Assembly: GCA_002633005.1 (NCBI GenBank)
Contig: NMRA01000504.1
Coordinates: forward strand, 149,571-213,517
DNA from: Phoronis australis
Taxonomy: Eukaryota > Animalia > Phoronida
DNA: 63,947 nt
Reading direction: 5' to 3'
Position 1 is the stretch's first letter; the number at the start of each line of letters is the position of its first letter. The notes below the pieces were generated by a model that saw nothing but the letters and a program-made list of their open reading frames with translations, was not told the origin of the DNA and did no database searches. The translations under genes and the position numbers were made by a program. Shown here in pieces: positions 23,288-35,900 of the stretch.

Positions 23288-26139
23288 TTACCGTATTATA
23301 ATAGTACCGTGGATTTTCGAAAGAGGAGGGGACTCGTCTATTTTCCAGAAGTGATTTTTGTGTCCACAAAAAGCCCTAGCTCAGTGGGGTCTTTCGGAAC
23401 AAGTTGGCGAGGGGAGGGTTCGGAAACTCGTATTGCACACCACAGCGCCATCACTCAACCTTGGGATTTAATACCATCGCTAAGAACGACGATTTTTCTG
23501 TCACAAAGTTGTTCATCTATGCAGTAACAACTGCTCGTGGAGAGCGCACTCCACATGACAGCGTTTTCCCGTTCAGTGACTTTACCAGACGAAGGGGGTT
23601 TTGAGCGTGAGTGATAACATCTAGCTTCTTTGTTAACTGCCAAGCACAGTCTTTTGTCTGTTATGACAAGAGGCACGCTAATTATCTACCAGGCTTATTA
23701 CAGACCGCTTGTGAACACCGCCAAACCCAGAGTGAAACGGAAAGAATAGATTATTGTAACTTCGGTTGCAGTTGGGCGATTTTGGCGATTCAAAAACTAA
23801 GCATGATCACCATTTGACGAGAATTTCAGTAATGCTATTGGATTATGTTCAAATACGTTATAACTTATTTTTTATGTTTAACAGCACAGCCCAGTCAGGC
23901 TAGATACAATCTTATTGAAGATTAGAGCAATTATCGAACAAAAGAGAGCTGGCCCTCCAACCATGAATGCCAGAATGGAGTTAATCAGTCGTGTAACATA
24001 TTGGCTGCAGGGGTAAACTTCCCAACTTGTTGTTGGGTTGTAGAATCGAACAAGTTGGGAGCAACGGGAAAACGCCGTAATGAGGTGGAAGGGCCTACAT
24101 TCCAACGTACATTATAAATATTTATAAATAAAAAATAGAATATTTGTACTGTTTCCCAGATTTCGACATTTACACCAGACTGTCATTACTTTAGGGACAT
24201 CCCGTATATGTTACATAGGTATGTCTTGATTCTAATAAATATGTAACTGTAGACCAAAGTATATTAGTTGACCGTAACCACTTTAGCAGAAGTAGCAATA
24301 ACAGTGATCTTTAGTTTGTGTTACATGTTCAGCGTTTGCTCCATTCACTGCCCAGTGACAATAGGCTTCGTAGCAAGCTCATTATATTTAATACGCTACG
24401 TTACATTTTATACAATGTAAATAACAAATAGCGCTCTTGTAAGCACAAAAGCAGGTCACGTGACTATTACTGTAACAGATTCGCCAGGATCTGACGACTT
24501 TATGCAACCGAAACCCTATATGACAAGGAAGTTTATGCAACCCAATCTTGATGGAGTTCTCTCTGCCAAACGCTTGTAAGTAGTTTGAAAGTTCATTTTT
24601 ATAACTCAGTAATTACACTGTTGATAACTGACCATTTGACCATTAGCACATGATAGACTTATGTCACAGATCTGTGGCAAGTTGTTGAATTGTATCGTGG
24701 GAAGATTAGTTTGCGAGCCGTGGAGGTGATGCGTTCTTGAAGAAAACAATTGTAGACTAGTAATGCGATTTTCCACGAAAGAAGTCAGTCCATGATTAGC
24801 TTACCACCGTAGCTACACCTCCCGTGGTCCCTCAGACCAACCCTAACACGGACAAGTAAACAGGCGAGACACCTACTTTTGACCCTTGTGAACACCTCAG
24901 ATCACGTGACCACCTCACATGAACCTTTTAAGGTGACACAATCGCTTTTATTGCCAAAAAAAACGCATTTTGGTGATTATTTTGTATGGTAAAGATTTGT
25001 CGATGTTGGCGCCTTTGCCGTGACAGGAGATGAGAAACTCCGCTGTGTTTTTTAATTTTAAGAAATCACCAATCCCCGTTGACGTCGGTTTCCTGTCATT
25101 CATCGAAGCTGGCGACTAGGTAAATACGATGAAAGTGTTCGGCTACGTATCACATTGGCTTCTCTACTGCACCCGTTGAGGAATTTTGAGCTCAAATCCG
25201 TCTTAGGACTGATCTCAAATGTTATTTTAAAGAACTGGTAGGACTAAAGGAACCATTTGAATCGTCCTTTAATGAAAATATTTCCGTGTTCGCTGTTTTG
25301 TAACTTTAAGATATGTTCCCATCTCCCCTTCAAAGAAGTTATTTGACTGAGAAACATTTCAGCCTTTGCAGGTGGGCCGGGAGGTGGACTGTCAAATTTT
25401 AATCTAAAAAAGTTAACGGTATTGCACATAAAAAATGCAATCGGTTTGACAATCGAAAAACCAGGTTTGGGGGAAAATTTTTGAATGGAATTGGTCTCTT
25501 TAAGCTGTGACTAGAGCTTCATAACAGGAAAAGCTGCTTGTCTTTATTACAAATCACCAACAAATCACAAAGGCTGCCAGTCAAAGCTAACTGAGATCGA
25601 GGCGGCGACCTCATCAGCTGTTTCGTTGCTAGGCGACGTGAAAATGGCCAAAGCGGCCAGTGGACAGTGCTGATCAAAGCCGGCGTGTGAAAAGCTAAGG
25701 GGAAATCTCCTGGATTTAAGAGAGAAAACATGACAATGCCGAAGCCTATTGGAGGACTACCTGGATGGAATAAGCATGTGGATTGAAGTCAAGCGCTGGA
25801 CTGCCGTGGGAGACGAACTGAATACCTCCAAGAATGCAGAGCTTTCGGCAGACATCCGGGTAGATTTCCGTTTTCTAACTGTCGCCCAGAAATATCTTGA
25901 CATCCATGCCCAGTTTTGATTGATTCTCAGCGTGAACATATTCACCAGCATTTAAGGTTATGTACAGTACCCTAGAAAATGGCAAAATTTGACTAATTTC
26001 GTAAAATCATACCTCAGAAATGGCTGAACAGATTCATGTAAAACTTCCAAATACTATGTTATATCCACTCTTCTCCAAAACGCTTTTAGGAATTGGTTTT
26101 GAAGTGTTCCATTTTTGCATGAAGGGGTGTTAAATGTAT

Positions 26140-26960
26140 CAATCAATTTCAATTCATTTCTGTAATAAAGGCCATAGGTCCACTGTACAAAAGAACAACA
26201 TGTAACCTACTTGCGAGTGCAGCAAGCTATCACGAAGATGAAAAGCATAGAATGCATATTTACATAGATTAACTAATTTAGCATCATCACTTGTTGACAT
26301 CAATCTATTGAACTTAAACAAAGACGGGAAATTCCAGGGCTGAGTTGCATAAAGCTTCAAAAGTTTTCCGCTGGATAAGTTTGATCGTTGCATGACGTCA
26401 GGTGCATAGTTCAACAATAACAACGTGACGCATGATAATGCTACGTCATTGTTGCTGACGGCGTATAACTTTTATACAACTGGGCCCCGTTCACTTCAGT
26501 ATAATTTTCTCTCAGTTCAGAATATTTATCACAGCTTAGAAGGAAATGATACTTGTCCTCCACCACATTGGGGCAGAAGGGACACGCTGTTTGCCCTATC
26601 CAAATTCAAGTGCCTGCCTACTTCAATCATGAGACTGTGGCTGAAACAACGAAAACGTGCCATGGACATAATTTGTGCGCGAGGTATACTCAAACTTAGA
26701 GATTTTTCCAATTTGATTTCATTTCTAAATTGATTATAAATACAGAGTTTAGGATTACTCTCAACACTTTGTCTCCATCTCTGCAAATAACAATCCCTTA
26801 TTCGCTGTCTAAAAACTAACAGAAAAGTATTATCACACACAACGCCTTGATTTAACCAAACTTCGCGGAATCCATAATTTGACAATATAAGTTTAACTGG
26901 TGCGGTCCAATTTTTGGAGTGCCGACCATTTTGATCTGTCAAGAAAATTGTCGACAGCCA
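26140..26960 (-). mobile_element. 5'-truncated non-LTR retrotransposon (RTE-X-like), C-terminal region and 3' tail
   Basis: NWTAPVKLILSNYGFREVWLNQG...MARFRCFSHSLMIEVGRH, then a frameshift into CPFCPNVVEDKYHFLLSCDKYSELRE (CCHC-type motif), then FKFNRLMST. ATTG-like tail; flanks TTAAATGTA and TTAAATATA form a probable TSD. Confidence 0.85.
26337..26487. mobile_element. ~150-bp MITE, family B (GGGC termini, Harbinger-like), inserted in the LINE
   Basis: TIRs GGGCTGAGTTGCATAAA and TTTATACAACTGGGCCC; an inverted second copy lies at 44099-44245. Confidence 0.8.
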
Positions 26961-28785
26961 TTAAATATAGAACTCTTACAATTTTCAAGAAAAAAACAAA
27001 AGGTGTATAATTGGAAACGAAAACGAAATAATAACAATTTAGAAAACTGTAACGACGTTTTTGAGATTTTATCTTTAACATAATTACACAAAACTTGTCG
27101 GCAAATCCACTTTTACAACACCTTAGCCTGATAATTATAACGGAGCTGTCAGTAACGTAAGGACTGGCACGAGTTATAATTTATAGAGTAAGTGTCAATC
27201 CAACCATGCAATTTTTCGCAATAACTCACAACCGTCGTATCTGTGGCTCTCATCTCCTTTGTGCCAACATACATTGGCATGCTTACATTACGTAAATCTC
27301 CGCTCCAAGGATGCGTGAAACTGGCTATTGATTTTTCTACTACGCATCAGTTCCCGCGTGTAGTGTATGCTTTCCCCTGTGCGTTGAAAAACAAAAGCGT
27401 ACACATGTATTCGGGCAAAAGAAGCCAATCGTGTTTGCCTATATACCAGAGAAATCATCGTAATATCTGTTGACAATCGTATCGACAGCTTACGGAAATA
27501 AGTGGCCAGACGGTTCAACTATTTGCCAGCACTGTGGGTGTCGAATCGCTTTCTTGTATGAGGAGCCAATCTTATGCACATTCAACCGGTGTTGTGTTAG
27601 CAAAGAGGATTAAAGGTTTTCACCACCATTACTAAGTACTGAAATTTCGAACAGACGAGAGTTTGAATTACTGCACCTTTAGAGGACTTAAGAATTTTGG
27701 GGAAAAATATCGATGGACTATATGAGACGACGGACATTGTCATTCATTCTTCCAAAGTTCATGATGTGCAAAAAATAGATAAGACTTCAAGAGAATGTCT
27801 AGAGAGAACGAGGCCAAACAGTACAATTTAATATCTAATCTATTTATTCTGCATTGTCAATGCGTCATTTTATTGAAAATTATTATGTGGTATTTTATGA
27901 TGTGGTATTTTAGTTTTTAGTATTCCGAAAAAAGTCACCTGATATGAGCTCAAGTGGCGCGGAATTGTGTGAAATATTTCAACCTTCAGCGGGTGGGGGG
28001 AAGAGGGGGAGACTCGCCGCTACTCAAAACCGCACCACTTTCCTTTGTATACATATTCCTAACCAAGCGTCACGCAAAAGGTAACTGTCTAGACGTTTCC
28101 AAGATCGTTTGTTAAAAATACCTTAGATACGTTTGTGTTGCTTTTGAAAAATATAAAGCTTCGTTAAAAGTGACGCGGGGCTTTTTCTTAAACAATGGAA
28201 GTGTAAGGTTCAAAATTAGTCGTAGGCAGACAAGAATCAACTGTGCTCGTGTCCTTACAGTGAGTTTTTCCTGAAGTTTGGTTTTCATTTTGTGGATGAA
28301 AGACGAGATGCACTTCTTGTTATTTCGTCAATACCCATCCTCTCTCCAAGATGGCGTCGAGAAAAAGTTGTACCAATGCATGTATGGACATCATCTGGGT
28401 CGCAGCATACGGAATAGATAGAGTGAAACCCGCCACCTGTGTAATATGGCCTGCCCCCCTAATGCTAAACTAGTTGGGACTTTGTGTTGCTTAGATACCC
28501 GCAGTGATCATTACGAAAAATACAAAATAAAAGTAAACCAATAAAATATGCCAGGTTCTCTCATTTCATGTCATTGATGTGCCACTCATGTGTATTTTTA
28601 GGATGGTGCATTAGGCAACGACATACATGTTTTGTGGCTATTGATTTGAGACTCCTTTTGCGCGGCTACTACATACACATGAAGTAGTCATACGCTTAGA
28701 TGTGAAAGTGGACCATTCCACTGCATTACCATTCCACTTTAAATCCGGTTTAAAGCTTATAGCACTAGGTGTGGACAGTTCAAAC

Positions 28786-28930
28786 CAGCCTCCCGTTCAG
28801 TAACGCTAGGACCTGGCTAAAAAGCAAGACTTCGCGAGATTACGTGAGATATTGCCGTGCATTTTAAATGAGAACACGTGACTTTGACTAGGTTTTAGCT
28901 AGGTCCTAGCATCTACTGAACGCACGCCAG
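28786..28930. mobile_element. ~140-bp MITE, family C
   Basis: TIRs CAGTAACGCTAGGACCT and AGGTCCTAGCATCTACTG; an inverted copy lies at 29943-30096. Confidence 0.75.
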
Positions 28931-29942
28931 TTGTAAAAGCTGTTACTGTAGAACGGTATTAAGCTGTAAATGGTCACCATTGCGTATTTGGAAAAGTCAG
29001 TGGCACTGATTATTGACGACGAAAGTCAGGAACTTGGGTTTTAACACTAGTGGTTCTTGTTGTGAACAGTACTGAGCTTTTTTATAATTGACAGAGGTTG
29101 CAACTATGGAAACAACTCTAGCTTAATTGATTTTAACGCAACTTAAAAACATTAATCATGAAACAAGCTAATTACCCTACCACGGTTACATTTGATTTTA
29201 ACCATTAACAGGAATCAGAAAACATCTTTAAATGGATTGAAATAACCTCAAAGAGTTGATTAAAGTGTCATTAAGTTGACAGTCTTTTTACTTGCTGACT
29301 TAGTCGAATGAGTGTGGGGAGCGTTGTTGGTTGGGTGAAATTCACCATTCAGATTGCATGCAAACCTTTGTGTCATATTTTGTAGGACTGAGTCGCCATG
29401 TTAATGTTTTAAAATTTAGACAGTGAATTGTAAAAAAATGTAAAATTCTAGAAAAAAATCTAATTTAGCTAACTTGGGAACATTGTATCTCAGAAATGGT
29501 TGCTCGATCTCAAATGACACTTTGAAGATACGGTACTCCAAAATGTTTTTAGGAATATCTTTCGAAGTATTCAACTTTAACATCAGCAGCTATCAAAAAT
29601 TGGGTCTCTACGGATTTCATAAAAAATTAAAACTTCTATGAAACGAAAACGAAATGACAAATTAAAGAATGGTGACCGCGTTTTTTTAGTTAATCGTGGA
29701 GCAATTGGAAATTTTTGTCGTTTGTTTAAAGGGTTACTTTGCTTTGAATTTATCTTTCATCTTCAATAAAGTTTATTAAAAAGTCGTGGTCATGTGACCC
29801 AATAGATGGCAGGGTGATTTAGACAGCCACAAGGTCGCAAAGTAGTCGTTTTGCGACATCGTCTTAATATAATTTGTAGATATTTCGCTATAAACACAGA
29901 CCTGTCAATATGGTGTCAACTATAATTCTTTAAGCTTCCAAA

Positions 29943-30096
29943 CTGGCCTGCGTTTAGTAACGGTAGGACCTACGCTAGGACATAGCTACATGTAAAACCT
30001 ACAAGCCAAAGTCACGTGTTCTCATTTAAAATGCACGGCATAAATCTCACGTGATCTCCCGAAGTCTTGCTTTTTAGCGAGGTCCTAGCGTTACTG
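29943..30096. mobile_element. MITE family C, inverted copy
   Basis: Reverse complement of 28786-28930 (for example AAAGTCACGTGTTCTCATTTAAAATGCACGGCA). Confidence 0.75.
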
Positions 30097-31549
30097 CTTT
30101 CAAAAGTATACATGAGCCTGTTTGCCTCACGTGATTAATTTCCGAAAGTCGGGTTTACGCCGCTTTAAATCGGTGTCTGGCTCCTCCGTGCTCGATACGG
30201 GTTAATGGGTTTCATTTTCAAACATCATTTTTTCCTGTGTCGTCTTGAGCAAAGTGGATAATGTTGGCAACCCCGTCCCGTTGTCATACAATCGAAAAGT
30301 TGACAAATGTCTGGTAATAATTAAACAACTACTAGAACACAAAAGAAAATCAATAGTTAACAGGTATTGGTCGATGCGACCAACAGCAGCATTAGTGCTG
30401 CCCGTGGTGAAAAGCTTTGCGTAAGGAAGAGATCGATACATTATGTAAATCTACCATTTCGAAACATGCGGGATTAGACCGTCGTAACAACGAAGGAATG
30501 TACCATTTTTACCTGTTCTTCTACTAAGGGCCGTGTCGCCTTGGTGTGGATCTGCCCACGTGATAGAGCTCATTGAACGCGTTATCATAACGAAAAAACT
30601 GAAGGAATTACTGAGCTGTTAGACAACAGAGTGATCGGCATTTTGAAACCAACATTTACTGGCAATAGCTGTAGCCACATTTGGGTACACAGCGAAACAA
30701 AACAGAAGACCTAACTAACACTTCAAACAGGTGAGTTGATATGAGTGATTTGTTACGAATCACACGATGACAACCATGACTTTGTTGATAGTAAGTCCGT
30801 GTCGTGCTCTTAACTAGTACCGAAGCTCTGAATTCAAATTTGGTTGACAAAATAATGCACTCAAAGGCTCAACACAAGTTGAAACGTATGACCTTAAGGA
30901 AAAATGGAGGACCAGCATCATCAGATAACGAAAAAACGTATTTTTAATTTCTGCTCAGTTAAACAATAACAAACCTTAACTGAAATTTTATCCCAGTTAG
31001 GTAGCCGGAACACAAAAGCTTGTCCGTGGGTGCGTATTTTGTCATTTCAAAAACTCGAGTTATTATTTTGACTTTGACTTCGGCGATAACTACTCGCGGG
31101 GGGGGGGGCAAACAAAGAATTATTGCCTAGGGAGAAGAGATGTCGGCGAGTATCGTCTTCCATTATTTGGCATTGTATCCGGTCCCCGGCGGTTAGTCCT
31201 CTACTCATTATGTATGTTTGGGCGGGATCGTCGTACTCTACAAGCGGCTTTTATGGACAGTCACTACGAGTCTTCGTTGATCGGACAATAACTTGAAAAC
31301 TAGTTGTTTGAGTCCAGTTTTGGCGTGGTTATCGTGTACAAGGGATGGCAGAAGTCTTTTCGAAAACTCACGATGGGCTCTGTGGTCATGTCACGACATC
31401 GAGGGTACTCGACTGTATTTTTTACGACGAGAGAGCTGGGAAATTAGGATAGCCGTCTATTTACAAAATAGAACCGAACAGATGGGACCCATTTTGTAAC
31501 ATCCGTGAAAAAGTCACCCTTTTGTAGGCTCTTGTTCCAGAAGCAACAC

Positions 31550-31662
31550 CTCTCTGTAGGGATAAGCTGTCTCTTTTTGTTGGGATAAGCTGTCACTTTC
31601 TGTTAAGCTGTCCTTTTCGTAGGGATAAGCTACCCCTTACGTAGGGATAAGCTATCACTTTC
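31550..31662. repeat. Minisatellite with a ~22-bp unit (GTAGGGATAAGCTGTCnCTTT), about 5 copies
   Basis: Directly visible. Confidence 0.8.
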
Positions 31663-32682
31663 ACATGTTTTTGACAGCTGAATTTTCACAAAGAGAGACT
31701 TCACGTAGTGTCTTCTCTTTTGTGGAGTTACCAACTCCCATTTACAGGGAGTTTTTTTTTCTTTCTGAGTGGCACATTCGGTTTACGTCTTCTATGGGAG
31801 TATCTATGTGGTACACATCGTGTAGGTATTGCGCGATCAAATAGTCGTGCATCTCAAAGTGGCTGGGGTATTGGCTACAAGTAACTAGCTTCTCAAGTAA
31901 ATGTAAACTTTCTAAACAGTAGCTTCATTTTTATTTGCTCAGATGGCTGAATTAAAATTAAACTGTTTACAAAGAAAGGCGTAGGCAATAAGTATGCCGG
32001 TTTGATCCCAACCCTGGCTGTTGTCAACAAAAACTCAGCAAGCAATTTGCTAATTCCAAATTCAAGTACAAGCGTAGTCTAACAGTCATTACCGAAATCT
32101 TCGCAATGTTTATACTTTCACAAAAGAATAGGGTTTTCTGTTTGTGGCATAAATTATATGAAAAGTCGGGTGCTTTCATTTTCAATCCTTCTCATATTCC
32201 AAGCTTAGGAGGTGGATCACGCAAAGACTTTCTAAGAGGTTTCACTTAACATAGAGACAATATCACCAAGGAAACACAGTCAGTTGTATCCATGAACACA
32301 CGTAAGTGAAAATTGAAGACGGCAAAGCAATTATCGCATACAGGAATTCAAAGTAGCGTCGTGAGTACGCGTTGTTTTCTTGTGACTTGACGAAAATTGA
32401 TATTTTGCTGTATCTATGAAATGGATTTGGATCTAGTTTTCTTAATGGTCGTAGCTAGACGGTCGAGGTTAATGAATCCGATCATAACTTGTGAATGTGA
32501 GTTTACTATAGCTGCGTTTTTTGCATTTATAGAAAACGCAGTCGAATTCTCAGTGAGGTGCCTGAGATCGTTTTAATACGACCGTGCGTTGGATCTTTAA
32601 CAAAACGTTACCGTGTACTATATGGAGACAAACATGGCACATACAACGCTGCTGTCTGATTTCAGATTTTAGCCACAGGGCG

Positions 32683-32965
32683 ATGGATACCACCAAAGAC
32701 GAGAAAGAAGTCGGGCAGAAAAGCGAACAAGGCGAATTGTGTGTGCAAGACGTAAACAGCCACGACAAGCCGACAAAGTCACAGGCGTGGTCTAACGAGA
32801 AGCATCCTGGTGACCGTTCCGTAAGCGTCTCGGTGATATCAGGCAGCGACGATAACAAGGTCCGGAATGAAGAGGATGACCTGGAAAAGAAAACCGAAAA
32901 GCTCAGAAGCAGAGAACCGCTACTGTTCTGTAAATTCATTGTCAACTACCCAAAGACATCCTTTG
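32683..32965 (+). CDS. Dispatched-like exon 1 (cytosolic N-terminus)
   Basis: MDTTKDEKE...FCKFIVNYPKTSF G|gtgagt; an acceptor TTTCAG ends at 32665. Confidence 0.8.
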
Positions 32966-35900
32966 GTGAGTGTTTTTAGCACATGCATCTTACTTTATTC
33001 TTGATATAGGCAAAGAGTAGTAGCATCTTATCTTAAATTGTTGCCAAATAAGCCGGAAACCCAAATCATAGGCAATGCGCTCGTGCGACAGTTTCGAAAT
33101 CCCAATGTTAGGGTGGGTTCTTGAGCCGCTGATGGTGTCTATGTTCCTGTTGGTAACAGAAACCGAGTCCTATCACGGTAAACTATGAGACAGGTGTTTG
33201 AGCCTAGAGGTTTGATTAATTTTGGCAGCTAAATATTGAAGAAATAGAGTATTAAGGATACACAGAACACCCCCCCCCCACCAAAAAATGTCCAAATTTT
33301 TCTAACTTCGAACATAATCGAAAATTGCTAATCAGATTCACACTTTCAGATAGTATGGTTAATGCACTGTTCTCTGAAGTGTCATTCGGAGTTGTTTTTA
33401 AACTGTTCCACTTTTGCAAGAAGAATGGTTATCAAAGATAGAAGTGTAAGATATTTTTGAAAAAATCGTAAAAGCAGCATAAAACGAAAACGAAATAATA
33501 TATTAGAAAAGTGTAATAACGCTTTTGATATCTTATCTTCAACATTTCTAGTCAAAGAAATCTGACAATGTTATTGATACGGTTGTTTTGACATGAGTAC
33601 ACATTTCTTTTTATAATTTTTTCCATAATTATTTGGGCACGTGACCCAATCAATGGTAGGTTTGTACCAGTAAAGTCACAAACCTAATTCTACAGTATTT
33701 CTCTTGTCAGAAACTGCTATTTTTACTGTTTAAAATATTACAGTGTTGTACATGTAGATATTTGACCGAGTGCACAAACTTGTCTTTAGGGTTCTATATT
33801 AAAGGCAATGTCAAAGTGGTTGTTCTCTCCTTTAATATCGCTGCAAACCACGATATAGCTTCTTCAACTACTATCCAACGACCAGTACACTGGTTTGGTG
33901 TGCAAACATAGGCCTCGATCTATCAAGTATCAATCAAAAGAGATTGAATAACATCTTCACCATGACATCTTACATCCGCCCATAATGATAATGGTTGCCA
34001 TCACAAGGTTTCTGAAGTCATATGTGATATCACGTCATCACACGATTTTCGGTGAAAGCAGTCAACTAATCTATTTTTTGTGTTTATATATATTTTAATA
34101 TGTTTGAGTTCACGTTAAGGAACATTGCGAGAACGAGACCTGATTCGATTTCCATTTATTTTCAGCTAAACAAGGCGAAATGCATATTTAAGTGACTGGG
34201 AAAACTTATAGTTGCTTATCAACCCACTAACAAAATGTTGCATATTATCGCCCGGGCGCTTATTTTTTCGTCGACATTTTTGACCCGGCGGTTCCTCCAA
34301 ACCGGCTTTTTTAAAACCCGGTGATTATTCAACAAGGCCAGATCTGCAGACTATGCGCTCATTTAGTGTTGACCGTAATTGTTAACAAACTTTTAAACTT
34401 ATCTTTATTTGCATAAAGTTGTCATTAATGACTTTGAATTATTTCCATTGCGCTGTGTTGCAAAGTGTCACTGATAACTATACTATTCACTCACAACAGC
34501 AACAATCATCACCTTTAAATTTACCTATGTTCTGAAATTCACAAACCTTAGTTTGGATACAGAAATTTCTGTACATCAAGTTGTATTTCCTGATTTTATA
34601 CAATAATACTGAAACAAGTAGAATACATCATGTGTTGAATTCACTGGCAAAAATTTGATGTGTTACAGCTTAAAGAAGAAATTTTTAACTTGACCTAATC
34701 AGCGTTTCATGTGTCTTTAAGTTCGACCCACGGTTGTATTAACACCCTTTGTGTGCGCAGACTTCAGTGAACTAGAGACCTTTGGATTTATATAATTTCA
34801 AGTAATCAAAGCGCCATTTTTTGTTAACATATACATTCAAAAAACACTATCAAAACCCACCTGTTGTCTATCTCAGGAAACCGTTAGTTGTTCAAACAGA
34901 AAGGAAAATCGAACTCCAGTTTTTACCATTATGTCTCATCGGCGTCATTATTGAATTCAAACAGAGATAGTCACGTGTCACTTCATTAAAGTTTAATATT
35001 CTATTCCATTATAGAAGGTCAATACGCTCGTGAAACTATTGTCATTTCATCCTATATGTTTAAACGGTATAGTGTATCTCTATCAAGCATAAACAATCTT
35101 TTTTCACAGTATGTAACCAAATATCATTACAGAAATGTCAAAACATTACACAATACTCATATGTATTTTTAATCTCTTTCAGCTTTATTTTTGGGAATTC
35201 ACATAACTTTCGCGTTGGTCACAGGCGCACTAATACGCTTCGGATATGATATCATACCCTTCAGCCTGAACCAGCTGCCGTTGAGTCTTAAAAATGACGT
35301 CGATCACAAACGAGCGGGAGCCTGGAATTTGCGATTCCTGGAAGAAAATGATATCTACGACCGACTAAAGGGGTCGTCTAACTCGACAAAAATAGACAGG
35401 GAACGTTCCATACCAGCTCAAGTTATAGAGTTATTTTTTGAAATCAAAGACGGGAATGTCTTTACAAAGTCGGCATTGGAAGCTATAAGAATCGTCGAAG
35501 ATGAGCTTACAAACACATCAAACTACACGGCAAATTTCTGTTACTTAGACTTCACCGGAAACTGCACTAAACCGATATCTATTTTAAGGTATTTTGACGG
35601 CACGTACGCCAGCTTAGATCCACTTCTTAGCGATTCCAGTTTCAGCAACATCCATCAAACCCTAGGCGCAGCTATTGAGAACAATAAAACGAAGTCAGGT
35701 TTGAGGTACCACCTCGGCAAGGACTACGTTATCAACACCACCACCGACGTGGCTTCGTCGTCAATTACGCGGTCGCGCATGTTTTTAGCGTTTCCGCTTG
35801 CAGGCTACAATGGAACGGACGACAGAAAAAGCGAGCAATTGGACAAAATTCAAATGTACCTCAATACAACCTTCTACAAAAAGTTGAACGAACTGGAAAA

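Larger units (their letters stand above)
25956..27085 (+). mobile_element. TTAA-flanked (Kolobok-like) repeat interrupted by a LINE
   Basis: Starts TTAA|GG. Segments 25956-26139 and 26961-27085 together align by eye with the continuous copy at 33256-33545. Confidence 0.5.

Noticed and set aside
23372-23430. tRNA-like A/B boxes (TAGCTCAGTGG...GGTTCG), and similar at 27500-27630
   Set aside because: No cloverleaf can be formed. At most these are degenerate SINE heads, too weak to call.
25540-25920. Selenoprotein reading of the two in-frame TGA codons
   Set aside because: No redox motif context, start codon, exon structure or SECIS-like hairpin was recognised; decay is the simpler explanation.
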